A program made the translations under genes and the position numbers. A DNA stretch of 44,008 bases from NCBI GenBank assembly GCA_903891365.1, contig CAITEG010000004.1:1-44008 (forward strand), in the 5' to 3' direction. Positions within the stretch are counted from its first letter, which is position 1. The number at the start of each line of letters is the position of its first letter. Of the stretch, positions 16,829 through 26,525 are shown one piece after another. Under the pieces are notes generated by a model. The model did not search any database. It saw only the letters and a program-made list of their open reading frames with translations, and was not told the DNA's origin. The stretch is from an uncultured bacterium (GTDB lineage: Bacteria > Patescibacteriota > Minisyncoccia > Phycocordibacterales > UBA9973).

Positions 16829-17467
16829 TTGCCGCAGGCTATGACACTCACAACACTCAAATATTTGATGTGGTTTTTAAACGCCTATAGCGACGAGATA
16901 AAGCCAGAGGCTCGCATCGCTGATTATGGTGGAATAGATAATCCTGACACAGTGATTTTTCCCCAGGTTGTTAAGAAAAGTTTGGCAGGTGCGGGCCGAC
17001 TTAATTATCACGCTCTGGATTTTGATAGTGGGGTAGATCTGCGCAAACCCTTACGGGGTCCTAAGTATGACGTTGGTATTTGTATGGATCTGCTTGAGCA
17101 TTGTAGTGATCCCTTTCTTGTGGCACATAATATTCGAGATAGTCTACGGCACAACGCGCTGCTTTTTGTAACCGCACCATTCATATGGGATCCTCATTTT
17201 TTCCCAAAGGACTATTGGCGTTTCACACCGCAGGGGATTGAAGAGCTTTTTAGTGCCGAAGGTGATCCGAAAGCTATGGATGTCCTCGCTCTAGGTATGG
17301 TTCGTGATCCTAACAAGGGAGAATTTTTACAACTTTGTCGCGTAGTTGCAGTCTTTCGAAAAGCAAAAAAGAAAGATCGAAAACGAGATGATGCGGCTCG
17401 TTCTATCTTTCCTCCAGAGTGGGGAGTAAGAGGGTTTGACAAGACAACATTTGGCATGGTACCATAA
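16829..17467 (+). CDS. SAM methyltransferase (type 11-like)
   Basis: IADYGG, YDVGICMDLLEH, APFIWDPHFFPKDYWRFT. Confidence 0.8.
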   Translation: MPQAMTLTTLKYLMWFLNAYSDEIKPEARIADYGGIDNPDTVIFPQVVKKSLAGAGRLNYHALDFDSGVDLRKPLRGPKYDVGICMDLLEHCSDPFLVAHNIRDSLRHNALLFVTAPFIWDPHFFPKDYWRFTPQGIEELFSAEGDPKAMDVLALGMVRDPNKGEFLQLCRVVAVFRKAKKKDRKRDDAARSIFPPEWGVRGFDKTTFGMVP

Positions 17468-17473
17468 AAAGAT

Positions 17474-18460
17474 ATGAATACACCACAAGCAATTTCAAAA
17501 TCAAAACACATAGAAGAGAACGGGGTATGGGGTCCAGACGAATTAGAAGATAAGGTAGTTCGCCCTACACAGTGGGGGTTGGTGCGTCCTGACACATTTA
17601 AAGCCTTCAGTCTCACTCGCAAGAAACTAGCGCCCGGAGCCTATACAATAACGCGTGATAATCAAGATGACCAACCAATTTATTTCCGTAGACAGATAAA
17701 AAGTGACACAGATATGAAGGTTTCTGAGGGTTTGTCAAAACAAATCATAGAGGAAATTACTAACTTCTGGGTTAAGAACGAAACATTTCGTAAAAATGGC
17801 TTTCTCCATTCGCGTGGATACCTTCTATATGGAAGTCAGGGCGTTGGGAAATCGTCTGTAGTGCGACAGATCATGAGTAATGTGATAGAAAATGATGGAA
17901 TAGTTTTCATCTGTGGTAATCCTGCGTTCTTTAACCTTGGATTGAAGGTCTTCCGACAGACTGAACCTGATCGTCCAGTGGTTTGTGTCTTCGAAGACAT
18001 CGACGCCATCATTCGTAAATACGGAGAGGATGAGATACTGTCCATCCTTGACGGTGAAAACCAAATCGATCGTGTGCTTAATATCGCCACCACAAATTAT
18101 CCAGAGAATCTTGATCGGCGGATTATTTCTCGTCCACGTCGTTTTGATCGTGTCTACAAAATAGAATCACCAAGCGAAACTTCTCGTAGAGAATATTTCT
18201 GTGTGAAACTTCCGAAGATGCCTAAGGCGAAACTTGAGACTTGGGTTAAGAAAACAAAAGGACTTACGTTTGCAGGATTGGCAGAGCTTCTCATTAGTAC
18301 ACAATGTCTTGGCAACAAGTTCGATGAAACAATTAAGGTGTTGAAAGATCTTGAAAATGGTCATCCATCATCAGCAGATTTTGGCGGTAGGATCGGATTT
18401 GAAAAAGAGGGAAAAGATAATGACGAAGAGGGATCAAAAGTTGAGTGCATCGAGGACTAG
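17474..18460 (+). CDS. AAA+ ATPase (classic clade, Bcs1-like)
   Basis: RGYLLYGSQGVGKS, VFEDID, ATTNYPENLD, RPRRFDR. Confidence 0.92.
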   Translation: MNTPQAISKSKHIEENGVWGPDELEDKVVRPTQWGLVRPDTFKAFSLTRKKLAPGAYTITRDNQDDQPIYFRRQIKSDTDMKVSEGLSKQIIEEITNFWVKNETFRKNGFLHSRGYLLYGSQGVGKSSVVRQIMSNVIENDGIVFICGNPAFFNLGLKVFRQTEPDRPVVCVFEDIDAIIRKYGEDEILSILDGENQIDRVLNIATTNYPENLDRRIISRPRRFDRVYKIESPSETSRREYFCVKLPKMPKAKLETWVKKTKGLTFAGLAELLISTQCLGNKFDETIKVLKDLENGHPSSADFGGRIGFEKEGKDNDEEGSKVECIED

Positions 18461-18469
18461 AAAAGTCGT

Positions 18470-18540
18470 TTGACTTATAAAAGTCACTCAATAAATTGAG
18501 TTGACTTATAAAAGTCACTCAATAAATTGAGTTGACTTAT
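18470..18540. repeat. 31-bp tandem repeat x2.3 made of two palindromes
   Basis: ttgacttataaaagtcactcaataaattgag at 18470 and 18501, partial at 18532. Confidence 0.92.
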
Positions 18541-18615
18541 TTGACACTAGGTAGTATCATTAAGAGTAAGAAGGAAGGGAAGGATGGGGGATGCATCTCC
18601 TCTTCCCTCTTCTTA
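18532..18615 (+). promoter_or_regulatory. Promoter and 5' leader hairpin of the surface protein gene
   Basis: TTGACT, 17 bp, TATCAT (18555-18560); long purine/pyrimidine hairpin 18567-18615. Confidence 0.6.
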
Positions 18616-18654
18616 AATTTATCAGGTTAATTAGCTAATTAAATCTTATTCATT

Positions 18655-21600
18655 ATGTCTAAACTAAAGACATTTGTGACTAGTGCTGCGCTTGCAGTGG
18701 GAGCCTTGGCGTTCGCGTCGAGTGCTTTTGCGGCGGGCCTTACTGGTTCACAGGTCCAGTCAATCCTTTCACTTCTCGCTTCTTTTGGAGCAGATAGTGC
18801 GACGATTGCAAATGTTAGTGCCGCATTAAATGGTACTCCGGTAGTAGTATCGCCCTCTTTCAAGATTGGTGATACAGGACCGGCAGTGGTCGCTCTTCAG
18901 AAACAACTTATTGCAGATGGCTATCTAAAGATTGCTGCTCCAACAGGTTACTACGGAAAGCTCACACAGGCAGCGGTTCTAGCAAAGGCAGCTTCAACTT
19001 CCTCTTCTTCGTTTACTCCAGTAACTATGGTTGGGAATGGATTGAAGGTTGCTATTTCTTCAACTTCTCCTAATGGTACAGTGCTTGTAGCGGGTCAGGG
19101 TATCGGTGATCTTGGGAACTTTGTATTCTCAAATCCTACCGCAACTCCGATTAATGTTACCGGTCTTACCTTCAAGCGCCTAGGAGTCAGCAATGATTCC
19201 ACACTTGTAAACGTGTATCTCTATAATGGAGTAACACGAATCACTGATTCTGCTGGAGTCAGTAACGGACAGTTCTCGTATACTGATCCTACAGCACTCT
19301 TCACAGTGCCTGCAGGCGGTACGTACGTAGCTTCAGTTCGTTCTGATATCGACAGTTCAGCTTCGGGACAGCAAATTGGAGTTTCTCTGGTCTCCGTTTC
19401 TTCAAATGGTACCCTAGATTCTTCCGTAGTCTTCCCGATTTCTTCTAGTTATCAGACTGTGTCGGCAGCCACTCTAGCAGGGGTTGACTTCTCGTCTGTT
19501 AGCCAGTCCACAGCATCTATCTCCCCACAGAGTAATTATCCTCTATGGCAAGAGACAGTCTCTATCAATCAGAACCCAGTTAAGTTGTCTTCACTTAAAT
19601 TGACAAATCTTGGTTCTATTGATTCGAGTTTGGTCCAAAACCTTCGCCTCTATGTAGATGGTGTACAGGTTGGAAGTGCTGCTATTCTCTCTGACAGAAC
19701 AGCAACGTTTGACTTCAGTGCAAATCCTGCGATTCTTAACACTCAGAACCACACAATTAAGGTTGTTGGTGATATTGTTGGAGGATCGTCTCGCACTATC
19801 GAACTTTCGTTGCAGCGTTCTTCAGATGCAATGTTCGTAGACACGCAACTTGGTCAGCCAGTCACGATGACAGTTAATGGTAACGTATTCACTCCTGTGA
19901 ATGGTTCTATTATCACTATCAACGCTGTTACTGGTTCTACAGGTATCAGTGTGTCAATCGATCCTGCTTCACCTAACCAAGATGTCGCCCTAGGCGCGTC
20001 TAGTGTTAAGTGGGCAACGTTCGACGTTCTCGTCTCAGGTGAGAATGTAAAACTAAACTCTCTTAACGTATCGTCAAATGTAGCTCTTGCAAATGGCAAG
20101 ATTTATATTAACGGTAGTCAAGTTGGTTCTACAAAATCACTCGGCACTTCGGCAGTAACATTTAACACCTCGGCAGTTCTACCTGCAGGACAGACTTCTC
20201 ATGTAGAGATCTACGCTGACGCGAAGACTCCAACAGGAAATCTTTCAAACGGTCAGACTGTTATCGTTACATTGAATGCGGGTAGTTCAAATGCTCAAGG
20301 ACAATCGTCTTTGAACACTGCGAATGTTCCTGCTTCCGATACTTCGGGAAATTCAATTAACGTTACAAATTCGTCTCTAAGTGTAACTAGATATTCTGGT
20401 TACGGTAGTCAAACTATTATTCCTGGCTCAGTATCACGCATCGGATCGTTTACGATCTCTGCTGGTTCTACAGAGGGAGTAACTGTGAACACTATTAATC
20501 TTTCGCTTTCGGCTGCGAATGCAGCTTCGATTACGAATCTTACCCTTAAGGATGGTTCGTCTGTCTTGGGTAATGTAGTGACGACGCCTTCGATATCAAG
20601 TTCTTATTCTGTCAACCTAGACATTCTAGCTTCTCAGACAAAGACTATTGATGTTTACGGCAATGTGCTTTCTGGTGCGGCTAACGGCTCTCTAGTAGTG
20701 TCCGTTTCAGTATCAGGAAATGGTGATCAAACTGGCAACACAACTTCATCGTCTGCGGTTTCTCTACAGACAATGACTATTGGTTCCGGTTCACTTAGTG
20801 CTACTGTTGCTGCAGGAGATCCTGTATCAGCAAATATTGTTGCTGGCGCAGCTTCTATTAATGTCGGTCAGTTCGAATTTAATGCAGTCAGTTCTGCATA
20901 CACAATTCAGAATCTCGACATTTCAGTTGCTGGGACCATCAATGATGTTACTGCTGTCACTGTCACTTATCTAGATGCAAATGGTAATACCCAAACATCA
21001 ACACAACCTATCGTAGGAACTGTTGCTTCGTTCTCGGGTCTTAACATTTACGTTCCGGCTAATGATCAGGCAGACGTAACCGTGAGTATAGGAACTCCTA
21101 CAATTGCCTCTGGCGCACAGTCAGGATCAAGCGTAAGTGTTGGACTAGCAAGTTCAAACTTCCGTGCAGTTGATGCTTCCGGTAGATCCATTACAACAGG
21201 ATTTACGAAAGCTGCTGAGGGAACATTCTATGTGTACAAGAGCATCCCAACATTTGCGACGCTCGCAATCACATCGAATATTCCATCTTCAGGGAATCCT
21301 CTCTATCGTTTCAGCGTAACTGCTGATCCGAAGGGTTCTATTGATCTCTCAAAGGTAACATTCAATTTGTCAACGACAAGTGTGTCGGTAACAAATATGT
21401 ATGTTGTTGATGAGGCTTCAGGACTCAGTGTTGGGTCTGTCGGTGCAAATGGCGCAGTAGCCATGACACAACAGATTGGTGCTGGTATGTCTAAGACATA
21501 CGCCCTCTACGGTACAGTAGGAGGCTTCACCACGGGTTCTTCTCTTACAATTAGCCTAGCGCAGGATACGTCTCTTTCCACGACAAATGTTCAGTGGTCA

Positions 21601-21672
21601 GATCGTTCTACTACAGCAAATGGTTATCTGTTAAAGAACTTCACAACAAACGCTACTTCTTACTCGAAGTAG
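18655..21672 (+). CDS. Secreted CPR-type surface/S-layer-like protein with peptidoglycan-binding domain and Ig-like repeats
   Basis: Signal peptide ending AFA-A; QVQSILSLLASFGADSATIANV; PGBD-like IGDTGPAVVALQKQL...TGYYGKLTQAAV; then about 6-7 S/T/G/V-rich beta-sandwich-like units. Confidence 0.8.
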   Translation: MSKLKTFVTSAALAVGALAFASSAFAAGLTGSQVQSILSLLASFGADSATIANVSAALNGTPVVVSPSFKIGDTGPAVVALQKQLIADGYLKIAAPTGYYGKLTQAAVLAKAASTSSSSFTPVTMVGNGLKVAISSTSPNGTVLVAGQGIGDLGNFVFSNPTATPINVTGLTFKRLGVSNDSTLVNVYLYNGVTRITDSAGVSNGQFSYTDPTALFTVPAGGTYVASVRSDIDSSASGQQIGVSLVSVSSNGTLDSSVVFPISSSYQTVSAATLAGVDFSSVSQSTASISPQSNYPLWQETVSINQNPVKLSSLKLTNLGSIDSSLVQNLRLYVDGVQVGSAAILSDRTATFDFSANPAILNTQNHTIKVVGDIVGGSSRTIELSLQRSSDAMFVDTQLGQPVTMTVNGNVFTPVNGSIITINAVTGSTGISVSIDPASPNQDVALGASSVKWATFDVLVSGENVKLNSLNVSSNVALANGKIYINGSQVGSTKSLGTSAVTFNTSAVLPAGQTSHVEIYADAKTPTGNLSNGQTVIVTLNAGSSNAQGQSSLNTANVPASDTSGNSINVTNSSLSVTRYSGYGSQTIIPGSVSRIGSFTISAGSTEGVTVNTINLSLSAANAASITNLTLKDGSSVLGNVVTTPSISSSYSVNLDILASQTKTIDVYGNVLSGAANGSLVVSVSVSGNGDQTGNTTSSSAVSLQTMTIGSGSLSATVAAGDPVSANIVAGAASINVGQFEFNAVSSAYTIQNLDISVAGTINDVTAVTVTYLDANGNTQTSTQPIVGTVASFSGLNIYVPANDQADVTVSIGTPTIASGAQSGSSVSVGLASSNFRAVDASGRSITTGFTKAAEGTFYVYKSIPTFATLAITSNIPSSGNPLYRFSVTADPKGSIDLSKVTFNLSTTSVSVTNMYVVDEASGLSVGSVGANGAVAMTQQIGAGMSKTYALYGTVGGFTTGSSLTISLAQDTSLSTTNVQWSDRSTTANGYLLKNFTTNATSYSK

Positions 21673-21703
21673 TTGGCGGACAGTCGGCCCCTTCACTCAA
21701 AAG

Positions 21704-21725
21704 AACCGCATAACGCGGTTTTTTT
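21704..21725 (+). terminator. Intrinsic terminator
   Basis: AACCGC-ATAAC-GCGGTT followed by a T run. Confidence 0.85.
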
Positions 21726-21820
21726 GTATCTTGTCAAGTCTTGCAAAAGATTTGAAGGTATGATAGATTAAGTAAAGGGAACGGGAATTCCCACTTATAC
21801 ATTAATATTAATTGTAATAT

Positions 21821-22357
21821 ATGTTCTTTAAAACCAAAAATCGTATTGAGGATGATTTAGATCTTTATAAGAATCGTCGTAAACTTGAAATCGACGAGGA
21901 GCTCTCTGAATGGAGACGCTCTCAGAAGAATCGTGCCGTAGATGAGATTATGGCTCATACGGAGGAAGCACGCATTAAGAAGCAGAAGATGTTCAAGGAA
22001 ACCCAGGCAGCTGAGGTTGAGCATGAACAGAAGAAGGCTGCTTATGCTGCAGACCTAGCCACGATAGAGGCTAATATTGCTACCAAGAAAGCTCTTGCAA
22101 CACAGGTTGACACGGATTTTGAATCTCGTGGACTCCTACGCGATCGAGCATGTAAGGCTGAGAAGGAAAAGGCAGATGCGATTATCACTGAAAAGGATAA
22201 GCACATTGCCCATCTTGAAGCACACCTTAAGACTGTTTCAGAACAGAATGTAGGTCTTCTTGCAACTCTCGCAAAATCACTTGGTGATGCTGCAGCTAAA
22301 GACGCTGTAACAAAGGTGGTTGGATTCGGACCATCAAGCGAAGCCAAGAAAGTATAG
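21821..22357 (+). CDS. Coiled-coil hypothetical protein
   Basis: 178 aa E/K/A-rich; upstream TTGCAA-17-TAGATT. Confidence 0.75.
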   Translation: MFFKTKNRIEDDLDLYKNRRKLEIDEELSEWRRSQKNRAVDEIMAHTEEARIKKQKMFKETQAAEVEHEQKKAAYAADLATIEANIATKKALATQVDTDFESRGLLRDRACKAEKEKADAIITEKDKHIAHLEAHLKTVSEQNVGLLATLAKSLGDAAAKDAVTKVVGFGPSSEAKKV

Positions 22358-22409
22358 TTTGTCCGTAGAAATCTGGGGGTATTGCCCCCAGTCCTGTGCG
22401 GATAAAAAA

Positions 22410-22862
22410 ATGAAACCTAAAATAACAATCATAGATGTAGACGGAACGGTCGCCAAAATCGACCATCGTCTTTATCTTATAAAAAAGACTCCTAAGGATT
22501 GGGCAGCCTTTTATGGTGAGTCGTACAAAGATGAACCTCTTGTTGAAAATATGGCAATGATTAAAGAACATCTTTCTTCAACAGAATCTATTCCATTTTT
22601 TGTGACTGGACGTTCTGATGTTGCAAGAGAAAGAACACACTCTTGGTTGAAGGAACATTTTGATGAAGTTCCTCCAGAGCGTCTCTTTATGCGCAAAGAA
22701 GGTGATACAAGAGAAGACTTTGTTGTTAAAAAAGAAATTCATGACAATCACTTGACGGAATATGAAATAATTCGCGTGTATGAAGACCGTCCTCAAGTTA
22801 TTAGAATGTGGCAGGATCTTGGTTATGAAGTGATCGATGTTGGTCCAGGGTACGAGTTTTAG
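22410..22862 (+). CDS. HAD-family polynucleotide 3'-phosphatase (PseT C-terminal domain-like)
   Basis: IIDVDGTVA, FVTGRS, LFMRKEGDTRED, YEDRPQV. Start trimmed to ATG 22410. Confidence 0.88.
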   Translation: MKPKITIIDVDGTVAKIDHRLYLIKKTPKDWAAFYGESYKDEPLVENMAMIKEHLSSTESIPFFVTGRSDVARERTHSWLKEHFDEVPPERLFMRKEGDTREDFVVKKEIHDNHLTEYEIIRVYEDRPQVIRMWQDLGYEVIDVGPGYEF

Positions 22863-22863
22863 T

Positions 22864-22892
22864 TTGACAAATTCATTTGTTATTGTTAACAT
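22864..22892 (+). promoter_or_regulatory. sigma70-type promoter, leaderless
   Basis: TTGACA, 17 bp, TAACAT with extended TG; ATG at 22899. Confidence 0.75.
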
Positions 22893-22898
22893 GTATTT

Positions 22899-23294
22899 AT
22901 GAGGTATTATTTTCGTGATAAAAGTAAGGAATTAGGACTCCTAACACAAGAGGAATTTTTTAGAGATGTTGCTTTTGCTACTCGTTATCTTGATCGTGAG
23001 GATGTAAGAACAGTGTATAAAGCAATACTAGCCATTGTGTGGAGAGAAATAAAAGCAAAAGGGACTATCAGACTCCCTTCTTTGTGTGATATATACCTAA
23101 GACAACGCCCCACAATGAGGTGTGCTGGAAAATATATTCCAGGGACCGTGGTTGTCCAGGCCCATCATAACTTATCATTTAGTACACTAGAATCAGTACG
23201 TGTGTACGTAAAGAAGTTAGAACAGGAGAATCCAGGCAAACTGTTCGACCCAGCCAAACGCATAGAAAGAGGAGGGGACATCACACAACTGTGA
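22899..23294 (+). CDS. Divergent HU/IHF-like DNA-binding protein
   Basis: LTQEEFFRDVA...DREDVRTVYKAILAIVWREI.AKGTIRLPSLCDIYLRQRP...LSFS..ESVR aligns by eye with the HU helix-helix-strand-arm pattern. Confidence 0.6.
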   Translation: MRYYFRDKSKELGLLTQEEFFRDVAFATRYLDREDVRTVYKAILAIVWREIKAKGTIRLPSLCDIYLRQRPTMRCAGKYIPGTVVVQAHHNLSFSTLESVRVYVKKLEQENPGKLFDPAKRIERGGDITQL

Positions 23295-23309
23295 TAAATT
23301 AAGGGTAAT

Positions 23310-26300
23310 ATGCCCACAAGTACGACCAATCCACTTGAAACAATAAGCACAACAGAACCGCAGATTTCAGATCTTCAGAAACAAATTGCACAATATCAAA
23401 GCAATTTGGCAAGTTCTCCTACAGCGGCGTCGTCTTTGACTGATCCTACCAGTCGAGATTTAAGCAATGAGACTGAAATGACGACCCTTCAAACCCAATT
23501 AAAGGCGTTGCAAAAACAAAATCTTACTGCTGCTTGGTATGGAAATGACACAAGTACTAATTCTACTACAGAAGGAGCACAACCTGGAATGATGGCATCA
23601 GCTTTAAACTGGCTTCAGCAACCTCTTTATAATGTTGTAAAAGGAGTGAAAGCTGCTACTGGTGATACTACTCAGGTTCCTAATCAAGAGTTTACGGACC
23701 TTCTTGCTCAACATGGTGTGGGAGGCATACCAGGTGCTGTTGCAGGATTTACTGCTGACGTTCTTTTTGATCCTGTTAACTGGATAACAATGGGAACAGG
23801 AGCTCTTATTCCTAAACTTGGATATGGGTTAGCAAAGGGTGCAATAGAAGGTGGTGTTGAAGGAGCTGCGCGAGGAGCGTCAGAGGGTCTTATTTCAAAT
23901 CTTGGACGGAAGGCATCTTGGGTGATTAATAAATTACCAGGAGTCTCAGATCAGATTCCAGGAACCTTCGCACAACGTTTTTCCGTAAAAGTTGCTGAAT
24001 CAGCTGCAAATTATAATAAGGCTGTTGGCGAAGATGTATTAAGGGACGTAACTTCTCCAGGAATTTTAAGAGGAACAAAAGCAGGTGGAATTCTAGGTTC
24101 TAATGGAATTACTCTGAGTGATATAACACATGCTGCCATGAAGAAAATTCCTTATGGTGATGATTTATATAAATCTTTACGCTTTAATAGTAATGACTGG
24201 GTTGACAACCAGAAACTTCTGGATGTAATTAATAAAAACAAAGCTAGAACAGTTGGAGAGATGGCATCAGCTGGGGCTCCATCACCAGCCGCAATTGCTG
24301 CCCGAGAAGGAAGTAGTATTTCCGCAGTAAAACCAAATATTGAAGTTCTAAAGAATGTTCCTGCGGGACAAGAAAAGAATGCGATGATTGATGAGCTTCA
24401 GAAAACTGCCGGAGACGTTGATTCTATTTCATCTAATCCAACTAACTTTGTTTCTAGTAATCCTGATGAACTTTTTTCTCGTGTGATGCAAGAGGGTGTA
24501 CGAGCAGATGAACTTCGAGCAACTCTTGCTCCCGCAGTGGATAGTCTTCCTCGATCTGGTCCTACTGGAGTTAAGTGGTGGGATGATGCTCTACAAAAAG
24601 GTAATGCATGGAAGATTAAGATTGGGGATAAGGAGGTCGCCCCCATCTATGCTTTTATGGACGCCTATAACAGTATTATGGAAGGGGCGTTTAAGCCATT
24701 CCATGTTTCTCTCAATCCTCCAGTACGAGCAATGCACGTTTTGTCTGCACCAGCTTTTTGGTCAATGGCAGGCCTTTCAGAGAGTGTAGGCGACTATATG
24801 AAAAATATGAAGAACGCTTTCTTTGCAGTATCAGGATCAAACCCATACGAAAACTTAGTAAGAGATTGGGTAGAAGGACCAATGAAAGAAGGAGAAGATT
24901 GGAAAGTTTTACGATCTCAAAGTATAAAAAATGCGATGCAGGAATTCCCGGGGACGTTTAAAAAATCTCTTCACGGCGTAGGACCAACCTTCTTCCAGGG
25001 ACATAGTGTTCTTCACGGGATAGATGAATTGGTAAATAGTGGAGTAGAGAGTGGAATTTATTCTGCAGATGATGTTTCAAACGGGACTGCTGTAAATGAT
25101 TTTGTGAAAGCTAATGAAGAATATAGAAATGCGATGCGTACAGGAAATATGTCTGGTAAACCAGTTCAGCCCACTGGATTTGCTCGAATAGCAAACATGT
25201 TAAAGAAAATGGTATTTCTTCCTGCAGAGACTTCTGCAGAAAATCCAGAGATAAAAGCGATGATGGAAAGGGCTGCTGGTACAGGTTCTATAGAGGGAGA
25301 TTTACCAATAGGAATGAATGAACCTTCAGGAATGTTGGTTCGTAATCCAGAACTTCACGCAAAATATCTTGATCAAGCAAATGCTTTCATAAAAGCTAGG
25401 GCAGACTCGGGTAGTAAACCCTTCCAAGTGATGAAGAATCTTCTAGATAATTCTACTGCAGGATTTGAACATCAGCTTCAGGCCCAACGTATTTCTGCCA
25501 TCACAACTCTAATGAATACTGGTGTAAGTGATACTGCATTAAAAACTCTTTCTCGTTTTATTCCATTAGGTGATAGAGAGACTGATATTTTGAGTACATA
25601 TGTAAAGAATGGTCAAAAGATGAATCGTATGTCTTTTGATTATGCAAACAAGGTATCGCAGGAAATTTCTATAAACATGGGAGCAATGCCTGCTGCTATA
25701 AGAATGTTGCGATCAATGCCTCTGGTAGGAGCTCCGTTTGCTTCATTCACGTATGGCATGGCAGTCAAAACTGCCCAGACTCTTGCTTACAATCCTGCAT
25801 TCTTTAACAAAGCAGCTTTCCTTGTTGAGTCTGCAGAGGGACATAAAACTCCTCTAGAAAAAGAAGCCCTAAAGAGCAAATACTATCAGTGGTATAACGA
25901 ACCTTCAATGGCAAGAGTCCCTGATGCTATGAACTTCTTCAGTCAGTATCCTCTATACTTAAACTTAACAAACGCTCTCCCATACTACACATTGAATATA
26001 TTTCAGCCATCAAGTCGGTCGTATGCCGCGACACTTCCGGATGATATTGTTCAGTTACTAGATCGATCTCCTGTTATGAAGGACCCATTGGGACAAATTA
26101 TTTTTGATAACCTTGTTCTTCCAGCCATTCTTTCTGGCACAGGCGAGCAACCTACAGGTATGTCCGGAGAACCTCTTTATCCAATCAATGCCACAACAGG
26201 AGATAAGGCTTTCTATGCGGGGCGTTCTCTTGTAGATCAATTTACTCCTGCAATAGCAGCGCCTGCTGGTCTACTGCTTCCGTCTGATTATGCAAAGTAT

Positions 26301-26507
26301 TATCCAGGATATCGTATGCGACAAATGGCTTATGGTAAGGCTGGTGGAAGTAGCCAATATCCAAGTGAAAATTCATTAGGTATTCCATCATCTGAGTCAT
26401 CAGCTTCTCGAACCATACGAAGTATCTTGGGATATCTTGGACTACCAATAGAACAGGCGAACACATCGTATGCCGCTAGCCAAATTAAATCTGGACAAAA
26501 TCCTTAA
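23310..26507 (+). CDS. Large internal virion/ejection-like protein
   Basis: 1065 aa, DVLFDPVNWI and APFASFTY motifs, Ala/Gly-rich helices typical of podovirus ejected proteins. Confidence 0.6.
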   Translation: MPTSTTNPLETISTTEPQISDLQKQIAQYQSNLASSPTAASSLTDPTSRDLSNETEMTTLQTQLKALQKQNLTAAWYGNDTSTNSTTEGAQPGMMASALNWLQQPLYNVVKGVKAATGDTTQVPNQEFTDLLAQHGVGGIPGAVAGFTADVLFDPVNWITMGTGALIPKLGYGLAKGAIEGGVEGAARGASEGLISNLGRKASWVINKLPGVSDQIPGTFAQRFSVKVAESAANYNKAVGEDVLRDVTSPGILRGTKAGGILGSNGITLSDITHAAMKKIPYGDDLYKSLRFNSNDWVDNQKLLDVINKNKARTVGEMASAGAPSPAAIAAREGSSISAVKPNIEVLKNVPAGQEKNAMIDELQKTAGDVDSISSNPTNFVSSNPDELFSRVMQEGVRADELRATLAPAVDSLPRSGPTGVKWWDDALQKGNAWKIKIGDKEVAPIYAFMDAYNSIMEGAFKPFHVSLNPPVRAMHVLSAPAFWSMAGLSESVGDYMKNMKNAFFAVSGSNPYENLVRDWVEGPMKEGEDWKVLRSQSIKNAMQEFPGTFKKSLHGVGPTFFQGHSVLHGIDELVNSGVESGIYSADDVSNGTAVNDFVKANEEYRNAMRTGNMSGKPVQPTGFARIANMLKKMVFLPAETSAENPEIKAMMERAAGTGSIEGDLPIGMNEPSGMLVRNPELHAKYLDQANAFIKARADSGSKPFQVMKNLLDNSTAGFEHQLQAQRISAITTLMNTGVSDTALKTLSRFIPLGDRETDILSTYVKNGQKMNRMSFDYANKVSQEISINMGAMPAAIRMLRSMPLVGAPFASFTYGMAVKTAQTLAYNPAFFNKAAFLVESAEGHKTPLEKEALKSKYYQWYNEPSMARVPDAMNFFSQYPLYLNLTNALPYYTLNIFQPSSRSYAATLPDDIVQLLDRSPVMKDPLGQIIFDNLVLPAILSGTGEQPTGMSGEPLYPINATTGDKAFYAGRSLVDQFTPAIAAPAGLLLPSDYAKYYPGYRMRQMAYGKAGGSSQYPSENSLGIPSSESSASRTIRSILGYLGLPIEQANTSYAASQIKSGQNP

Positions 26508-26525
26508 TTAATATATACTTTCTTT

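Noticed and set aside
16818..16830. 13-mer GGCTCAGTGGCTT shared with 3478-3490 (minus strand)
   Set aside because: Matches of this length are expected by chance in 44 kb.
18470..18540. Possible mini-CRISPR array
   Set aside because: The repeats are directly adjacent with no spacers. The Cas4-like gene is a common stand-alone phage nuclease.
23310..26507. 1065-aa protein as the virion RNA polymerase
   Set aside because: No DxDGD or T7-type palm motifs were recognisable by eye. A structure prediction is needed to exclude it fully.
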